Virus record (IMG/VR): IMGVR_UViG_2757320370_000007
Location: 73,719-137,718 of that record
Length of the DNA stretch: 64,000 bases
Direction: 5' to 3' (one strand)
DNA from: a virus
In this document: positions 57,949 through 64,000 of the stretch, in pieces
Numbering within the stretch: the stretch's first letter is position 1
Layout of the letters: every line of letters begins with the position of its first letter
Position numbers and translations under genes: made by a program
Notes under the pieces: generated by a model
Database searches by the model: none
What the model was told of the DNA's origin: nothing
Seen by the model: only the letters and a program-made list of their open reading frames with translations

Positions 57949-58743
57949 ATGACAGTAACAAATCGATGGACAATTCGTGATGTAGCTACTGCATCATTTT
58001 TTGACCAAGTTACAAAGAAACTTAGAGCACGATTGGATAGTTTGAAACAATCTGGACTCGAAAATACAGCAGATACAGTATATGCACAAGGTGGTAGTGG
58101 TAACCCTAAACTAGTGGGATTTTCTGGTAATAAAGCAGCCAAATTCACTCTGCAAGATGCTTTGTTTACAAACGATCTGATTGCCATGCTGTTGGGTACA
58201 GAAATCATTACGGCTGCAACACCAGTAACGGTGGATAATATCTTGAAGGTTACTGGAAACTCTGTAACACTAGATTACACCCCCATAACAACCGGAGCAT
58301 TGGTTAGCGTAAGCAAGTATCTTCCCGATGGAACTGTAGGAGAAAGCTTTGATTACAAATCCGCCTCCCCTACTGCTGGTGAGTATAGTGTGACAGATAA
58401 GGTAGTAACGTTTGCAACTGGTGCTCTAATAGATGGAGAAAAAGTCATTGCATACTATAAGACAATGGCAGGATCGGGCACAAAACAACTAAAGGCGCAA
58501 ACCGATAAGTTCGCTGGCAGTTTTGAGCTAATTCTGGATGTTCTAGTTCGCGATGTACTCACAAAACAGGATTATGCTGCACAGATTACTATTCCATCTG
58601 TCAAACTTGAAGATAATTGGAGCATGGCAATGGCTCCCGATGGAGATCCTGCTACTCAGGATATTGTAATGGAAGCACTAGCTGTTCCGGGTTCTAAAGA
58701 CCTATATACGATGTATATCTTTGATGAATCAGATTTGGCTTAA
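57949..58743 (+). CDS. Major tail (tube) protein
   Basis: Position and strong downstream terminator; YAQGGSGNPKLV motif. Confidence 0.75.
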   Translation: MTVTNRWTIRDVATASFFDQVTKKLRARLDSLKQSGLENTADTVYAQGGSGNPKLVGFSGNKAAKFTLQDALFTNDLIAMLLGTEIITAATPVTVDNILKVTGNSVTLDYTPITTGALVSVSKYLPDGTVGESFDYKSASPTAGEYSVTDKVVTFATGALIDGEKVIAYYKTMAGSGTKQLKAQTDKFAGSFELILDVLVRDVLTKQDYAAQITIPSVKLEDNWSMAMAPDGDPATQDIVMEALAVPGSKDLYTMYIFDESDLA

Positions 58744-58761
58744 TAAGCACAAATACATAAT

Positions 58762-58793
58762 AAGCCCATCTATTAATATAGGTGGGCTTTTTT
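58762..58793 (+). terminator. Strong intrinsic terminator after tail tube gene
   Basis: AGCCCATCTAT-TAAT-ATAGGTGGGCT plus T-tract. Confidence 0.9.
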
Positions 58794-58825
58794 ATTTGTG
58801 CAACCAAGAGGGAGAATGGTGGAAT

Positions 58826-59932
58826 TTGATAAAAGAAAGAGGCCCAATAACCGTTACATGTGATTATTGTATGAAAAGTGAATGGAGACTTGAACGAACA
58901 GAGTACAATAGAAGAAAAGATCAAAAAATAAGATCAATTGGGCATATATATAATTTCTGTTGTGATGTGTGTAGAGAAATCATTATCTACAACACTGTTA
59001 GAATTACAATGAAAGAACTAGGATATTCTTTACTAACTACACATATTAAAGACGCAAAACAAAAAATATCCTATATTTGTTCTTGTGGAGAAAAGACAGA
59101 AACAAGTTATGATGTAGTTAGTAGATTAGGATGCTCATGTTTTAAATGTGGCCTAAAAAAATCTGGATCAACTAGAAGAAGATCTCTGCGAAAAGTAATG
59201 GAATATGCTAAACATAACAATATAAAGATACTTATTGAAGATAGGGACTACTTGCATATGGCGCTATCTGACCATGTTGACTACATTTGTTCATGCGGAG
59301 AAACTCATAGTAGAAGACTTAGGAACATTATGAACGGTAGTGTTCGTTGTCCTAAGTGTATTGAAATTAAGAAAGTCCAAACAAGTTTTGAACGTTTTGG
59401 CTGTGCTAATCCAATGCAAAACTCAGTGGTAAGAGCAAAAACGTTCAAAACGTTTAACATAAACAATTCTATGTCTATATCATTGCAGCAAGCATATATT
59501 CACAGCATAACTAGCGGCGACATCAATTATCTATGCGAAGGATCGTTTTTAGATATAGCTTTTCCAGAAGAAAATATTTATATCGAATATGACGGTGGCC
59601 TTCACGATGGAAAAGTAAAATTCGGTCTTATTTCTGAAAAAAAGTTTAAAGAAAAGGAAAGGCGTAGAAGATATGCTTTATATCGTAATGGTTGGAATTA
59701 AATTAGAATTATTTCGAAAAAAGACCGCCTCCCCTCTATTGAAGCAATAGAAGAAATGATTCTAATCGCTAAAAATATAATAAATTCCGGTAGATCCTGG
59801 GTTACTTTTGATATTGATAATAATTTTTTGATTACCAGCAAAACAAAGGTTTCTTATGATTTTGGAAAATTAAATAGAATAAGAAAAGATTCAAAAAAAT
59901 ACATAGATATCATAGAAAAATATGAACTGTAA
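58826..59932 (+). pseudogene. Zn-ribbon/PD-(D/E)xK putative homing endonuclease with an in-frame TAA at 59699-59701
   Basis: Repeated C-S-C-G/CPKC motifs, FLDIAFPEENIYIEYDGGLH; same frame stays open for 76 more codons after the stop. Confidence 0.7.
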
Positions 59933-59956
59933 ATCCATTTAGGAGTTCGTAAATGA

Positions 59957-60697
59957 ATGAATAACATAAATGACTTACCCACTCTCACGATTGCTGCTCC
60001 GGTTAGAAATAGAAGTTTCATTTTAAACCAATATCTAGATCACATACATGATATCGACTATCCAAAATCAAAAATCAACCTCTTCTTTGTTCTCAATGAT
60101 AGTTCCGATCACAGTGAAGAAATACTTAGATCGTTTAAAGAAAATCACTTAGATAAATATAACCGCATCACTATAGAAATATATAATCGAAACATCCCTT
60201 TGGACACTCGTGCTACTGACACTAGAGATAAACATATTTATAATCATTTGAGTGTATTAAAAAATTACATTATGTTCAAAGTTAAGACCGAAAAACTCCT
60301 GTTTATCGATTCCGATATTTTAGTCCCTGATAGTGTAATTAATAATCTACTCAACGCCGAAAAAGATATTGTTTCGGGACTAATATATAATGGCTACCTT
60401 GTCGATCCAGAACGTCCATATAAATACCCCAATATAATGAAGTTAAATGAGAAAAATAACTATGAGCATATATCTAATCACTACATACGCGAAGCCCCCT
60501 ACAACAAACATCAACATCTATTAAAAGCCGATTTGACTGGAGCAGTATGGATGATCAATAAGAAAGTCTATAAAAACATAAAGTTCGGGTATCATCCTCA
60601 AGGGGAAGATGCCTATTTTTGTGCAATGGCTCAGAGTAAAGGATTTGAAATATATTGCGATGTCGGGACATTCTGTACACATGTAATGGAAAAATAA
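59957..60697 (+). CDS. Glycosyltransferase family 2 (GT-A)
   Basis: IAAPVRNR, LNDSSD, LFIDSD (DxD), GED. Confidence 0.88.
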   Translation: MNNINDLPTLTIAAPVRNRSFILNQYLDHIHDIDYPKSKINLFFVLNDSSDHSEEILRSFKENHLDKYNRITIEIYNRNIPLDTRATDTRDKHIYNHLSVLKNYIMFKVKTEKLLFIDSDILVPDSVINNLLNAEKDIVSGLIYNGYLVDPERPYKYPNIMKLNEKNNYEHISNHYIREAPYNKHQHLLKADLTGAVWMINKKVYKNIKFGYHPQGEDAYFCAMAQSKGFEIYCDVGTFCTHVMEK

Positions 60698-60714
60698 AAT
60701 TAGGGAGATCAGAG

Positions 60715-61746
60715 ATGTCTATCAAATCCAAGCAAAGTATTACTATTATTTATCCGCCCACCGTAGATTATTACATGCTCTATCAGCGCCCCCATCAACT
60801 ATTGAAAGCATTATCCAGGATCAACAATGTAAGATGTATTTTTATAAGTTCAGAAGTATTCAAACCCCTTCCTAAACCAATCAACGAAGTCAGTAAAAAT
60901 ATGTTTGTTGTTCGAGGGAACTCCGATTATAAATCTTTGATTCAAGGCAAAGTCGTATACTGGGTATCCTATCCCGAACATATTGACTATCACCTGACCG
61001 TAGAGAAGGATTTTGTTGTATTTGATGCAATTGATAATCCGGTCGATGAATTTGCCGTATGGAAAGACAAATTGGATTATGCTGTTTCCAAGGCGGATAT
61101 AGTTTCGTGTACAGCAAATATCTTATATGAGTATCATTCTAAGCGAACGAATAAGCCAATTTTCATGTGTCCTAATGGTGGAGATTTTGCACATTTTAAA
61201 AAAGCAAAAAAGAGACTGGACAAACCTCATGATTTCCCAAAAACAAATAAGGACGATAAAGTTGTGGGGTTTTATGGTGCGCTTGCAACTTGGCTGGACA
61301 CTGAAATCATCAAGAAAATTGCAGAGAAATATAAAGTAGTATTGATAGGTAAAAATAAATATTATCCAATTGAAGTAAATCATCCAAACGTATACAACAT
61401 TGAACATAAGGACTATCTACAGTTACCTATATATTTATCACACTTCGACGTTGCAATAATTCCCTTTAAATTAACGGAGATGATGAAGGGCTGCGACCCC
61501 GTAAAGTTACAAGAATATCTAGCTAGTGGGAAACCAGTTGTAACAACAGAGATTGAAGATGTGGTGGCTAACTTTTCAGATGTAGTTGATTTTATGAATA
61601 TTGATAATTGTCTTGAAGTAATTGATAGAGTCATTGCAGAAAACAGCAAAGAGAAAGAAGCAAAGAGAATAGAAACTTCAATTAGAAACTCTTGGGATGT
61701 TAGAGCAGAAACCGCTATTGAAGCGCTAAATCTATATATGAACTAA
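60715..61746 (+). CDS. Glycosyltransferase, GT-B/GT4-like
   Basis: YQRPHQL, PNGGD, VGFYGAL, DVAIIPF, PVKLQEYLASGKPVV; start at ATG 60715. Confidence 0.88.
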   Translation: MSIKSKQSITIIYPPTVDYYMLYQRPHQLLKALSRINNVRCIFISSEVFKPLPKPINEVSKNMFVVRGNSDYKSLIQGKVVYWVSYPEHIDYHLTVEKDFVVFDAIDNPVDEFAVWKDKLDYAVSKADIVSCTANILYEYHSKRTNKPIFMCPNGGDFAHFKKAKKRLDKPHDFPKTNKDDKVVGFYGALATWLDTEIIKKIAEKYKVVLIGKNKYYPIEVNHPNVYNIEHKDYLQLPIYLSHFDVAIIPFKLTEMMKGCDPVKLQEYLASGKPVVTTEIEDVVANFSDVVDFMNIDNCLEVIDRVIAENSKEKEAKRIETSIRNSWDVRAETAIEALNLYMN

Positions 61747-61762
61747 AAGGAGAGATTAATTA

Positions 61763-62248
61763 ATGGCTAAACTTACAGCAGCAAAAATCAATAAACTTAG
61801 TAAGGAACTCGATAAGAAACGGAAAATCTATATTCTTGAAGACAATGATGAAGTGAATGTTTCCATTGAATTTAAAGAATCATTGGTGGATAAGGTAGTC
61901 ATGGATTATATTTCTGTATTGGAAAAATTAAGCACCTCATCTTCTATTTCTGACGACTTACTTCGTGGAACCGCTGGAATACTCCATCTCTTTATTCTTA
62001 GAGAATTCTCAGATGTACCGATGATTCCTAAAACAAACGATGATATTCAAGAACTTGTAGATACATCCCTCGCTCTTTATGATACTGGCATTATGGAAGC
62101 AGTTATTGAAGGATTCGATCATGAACAAGTTCAGAAGGTTTATGAAAAACTAGATATTTCAAGTAAACGTGCTGGCGAATTGCTAGGTGAATTAGCAATT
62201 AAGCAAACTATTAGTACTCAAGAAGAAGCTGTAACTGATGGAGTTTAA
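61763..62248 (+). CDS. Putative tail assembly chaperone
   Basis: Position in tail module; acidic helical protein. Confidence 0.45.
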   Translation: MAKLTAAKINKLSKELDKKRKIYILEDNDEVNVSIEFKESLVDKVVMDYISVLEKLSTSSSISDDLLRGTAGILHLFILREFSDVPMIPKTNDDIQELVDTSLALYDTGIMEAVIEGFDHEQVQKVYEKLDISSKRAGELLGELAIKQTISTQEEAVTDGV

Positions 62249-62675
62249 AAGCCTAAAAGATTTGGAAAAACATCTAAACAAACAGATTGCGCAATCACTC
62301 AAAAATGATGTGGGTAATGGTGTTGCTAGAAAAAAACTTAAAGAGAACATCCAGACAGAGGTTTATGATAAATATGACCCCGTTATTTATGAACGCCAAC
62401 GCGAAAATGGTGGTTTAATTGATGACGCTAATATCAAAGTAGAGATGATTGATAATAACACCGTATCCATTGAGAGTCATCGGATGGATGGCAACAAAAA
62501 TGTAGGAGTCGTTGTTGAAACTGGCGTTGGATATAACGAGGAATGGGCATTCCCTTATACACATAAGAGTAGGCTATTTACAGAAGTCACTCGTGATGAA
62601 TTGAGAAATGACGGTAGTGTTGAACATGCGCTGATGAAGGGTTTGGAAGTTCAGGGACTGAAGGTTCAGAAGTGA
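62238..62675 (+). CDS. YomN-like protein
   Basis: QTEVYDKYDPVIYER...VVETGVGY resembles SPbeta YomN. Confidence 0.65.
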   Translation: MEFKSLKDLEKHLNKQIAQSLKNDVGNGVARKKLKENIQTEVYDKYDPVIYERQRENGGLIDDANIKVEMIDNNTVSIESHRMDGNKNVGVVVETGVGYNEEWAFPYTHKSRLFTEVTRDELRNDGSVEHALMKGLEVQGLKVQK

Positions 62676-62736
62676 TTTGTGAAGTGATGATGAAATTGTA
62701 ATTTGATAAAGTAAAGGGAAATGAGACGATGGATGA

Positions 62737-63741
62737 ATGGCAGAATTTAATAAAAATATGCTCAGAGAGACAGCCGAAAAGCTACCTCCTGTTGATGAAC
62801 AAAAATGGCAAATGGTTAATGAAGATTATCGCAACTTGGTCGAAGAGTACATCTCGGTTCAAGCACATAGTCAAAAAACTAAAATTCAATATAGATCCTG
62901 CTTAAGGCAGTTCGGTTACTACATATATAAGAGCATGAACAATAAATTTCTATACGATATTAGTAAACGAGATTTTTTGAGATATATTAGTTTCTTGAGA
63001 GATACGAGAAAAATGTCATCCAGTGCAATTGGTTTACGCAAGGCGTGTGTTTCAAGTCTTTGTAATTATATTGAAAATGTTGTGGCAGATGATGATAAGA
63101 ACTATAAGATGTTTAGAAACTTCACTCGCGGTCTACCAGCGATAACCAAGAATAGCGTATACAACAAAGTAAAGATATCAAAAGACGACTATGATCTAAT
63201 AATGAAAACAATGGTGAATGATAAAAACTATCTTGGTGCTGCGTGGGTAGCATTTGCTTTTAATGTAGGTGCTCGACGTGCAGAGATCCCACAGTTTAAA
63301 ACTGAAATTTTGAACTACCCTATTGTTGAAGGCGGCGGTTATACAATGTCTCACATAATTCGCCTCAAGGGTCGTGGCGAAGATGGAAAGCAAGAACCTT
63401 ATATGGTCAACGAAGAAGCATTGCAGTATGCTAAGTTATGGATTGAAAAACGTGACTATGAAGCTGAATATATCTTTACTACTAAATATAGCGGAGAAAC
63501 GGGTTCAATGTCAGAAGCTTGGGCTAACGAGTTTTGCAAAGAAACTCTTTCAAATATTTTAGGAAGACGGATTAACCCCCATCTTTTTAAAGCATCGTGT
63601 GTTACATATTTGTTGGAAGTTAAAAAGATCCCTATCGAAATAGTCTCAAAATACGTAGCGCATCATGAAAATATCGCTACAACTATCGCCCATTACGATC
63701 TAAGGGATTTTGCAGAAGAAAGAAATAAGATTTTCGGTTAG
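62737..63741 (+). CDS. YomM-like tyrosine recombinase
   Basis: VGARRAEI, KGRG, NPHLFK, HH, HYD motifs. Confidence 0.85.
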   Translation: MAEFNKNMLRETAEKLPPVDEQKWQMVNEDYRNLVEEYISVQAHSQKTKIQYRSCLRQFGYYIYKSMNNKFLYDISKRDFLRYISFLRDTRKMSSSAIGLRKACVSSLCNYIENVVADDDKNYKMFRNFTRGLPAITKNSVYNKVKISKDDYDLIMKTMVNDKNYLGAAWVAFAFNVGARRAEIPQFKTEILNYPIVEGGGYTMSHIIRLKGRGEDGKQEPYMVNEEALQYAKLWIEKRDYEAEYIFTTKYSGETGSMSEAWANEFCKETLSNILGRRINPHLFKASCVTYLLEVKKIPIEIVSKYVAHHENIATTIAHYDLRDFAEERNKIFG

Positions 63742-63815
63742 CATCAAACTATCGTTTTATCATAAAAATACATATACAAGCCCTTTCTTATAAGGGCTTC
63801 TCGGGGAGTTAAGTC

Positions 63816-64000
63816 ATGAAAATTAAGAAATTTGAACTTGAGCCATTTATCAGCTACCTCCATTCTCTTAGGCTAGATCGTGTAGACAGTCGAATGCGTT
63901 CAAGATTCAAAAAAATCCTAATCGACAAGTATCAAGTGTTCACAGATGAATTACGCGAAATCAATGTTGACTACACAGTAAAAGATAGTTCCGGTGATCC
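63816..64000 (+). CDS. Start of a further late gene (truncated by window)
   Basis: GGGGAG RBS, ATG 63816, open to window end. Confidence 0.6.
   Translation, partial: MKIKKFELEPFISYLHSLRLDRVDSRMRSRFKKILIDKYQVFTDELREINVDYTVKDSSGD

Larger units (their letters stand above)
1..64000. mobile_element. SPbeta-like temperate phage/prophage (interior segment, ends not in window)
   Basis: YonO-like RNAP, YopR/YopQ/YopP-like proteins, YonT-like toxin, and terminase-portal-capsid-tail genes in SPbeta-like order, including YomN/YomM-like genes. Confidence 0.95.

Overview
The whole window is an interior segment of a large, AT-rich SPbeta-like temperate phage or prophage of a Bacillales host; the agr-like cassette and RsfA homolog suggest Paenibacillus, but this is inference. 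No attachment site or host DNA is visible. Positions 1-38.8 kb are mostly minus-strand. They hold SSB-like genes, two tRNAs, a kinase-less agr-like cassette, the MrpR(YopR)/YopQ repression module, an orphan MazF, a long array of small early genes, an MTase-helicase plus polyvalent protein, a YonT/SR6-like type I TA locus, two long non-coding tracts, a Rha-KilAC antirepressor, a UvrD helicase, a tandem wHTH protein and a YopP-like recombinase. From 39 kb the plus strand carries the YonO-like RNA polymerase, HU, PIN-PhoH, packaging, head and tail genes, two glycosyltransferases and a YomM-like recombinase. Main hypothesis: no arbitrium AimR/AimP is recognisable where SPbeta keeps it. Instead, a cyclic-lactone peptide cassette follows the master repressor, the phage carries its own antitoxin-less MazF, and UACAU sites sit in the leaders of most lytic operons. 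Family assignments come from recognised motifs and recalled SPbeta proteins; no database searches were run.
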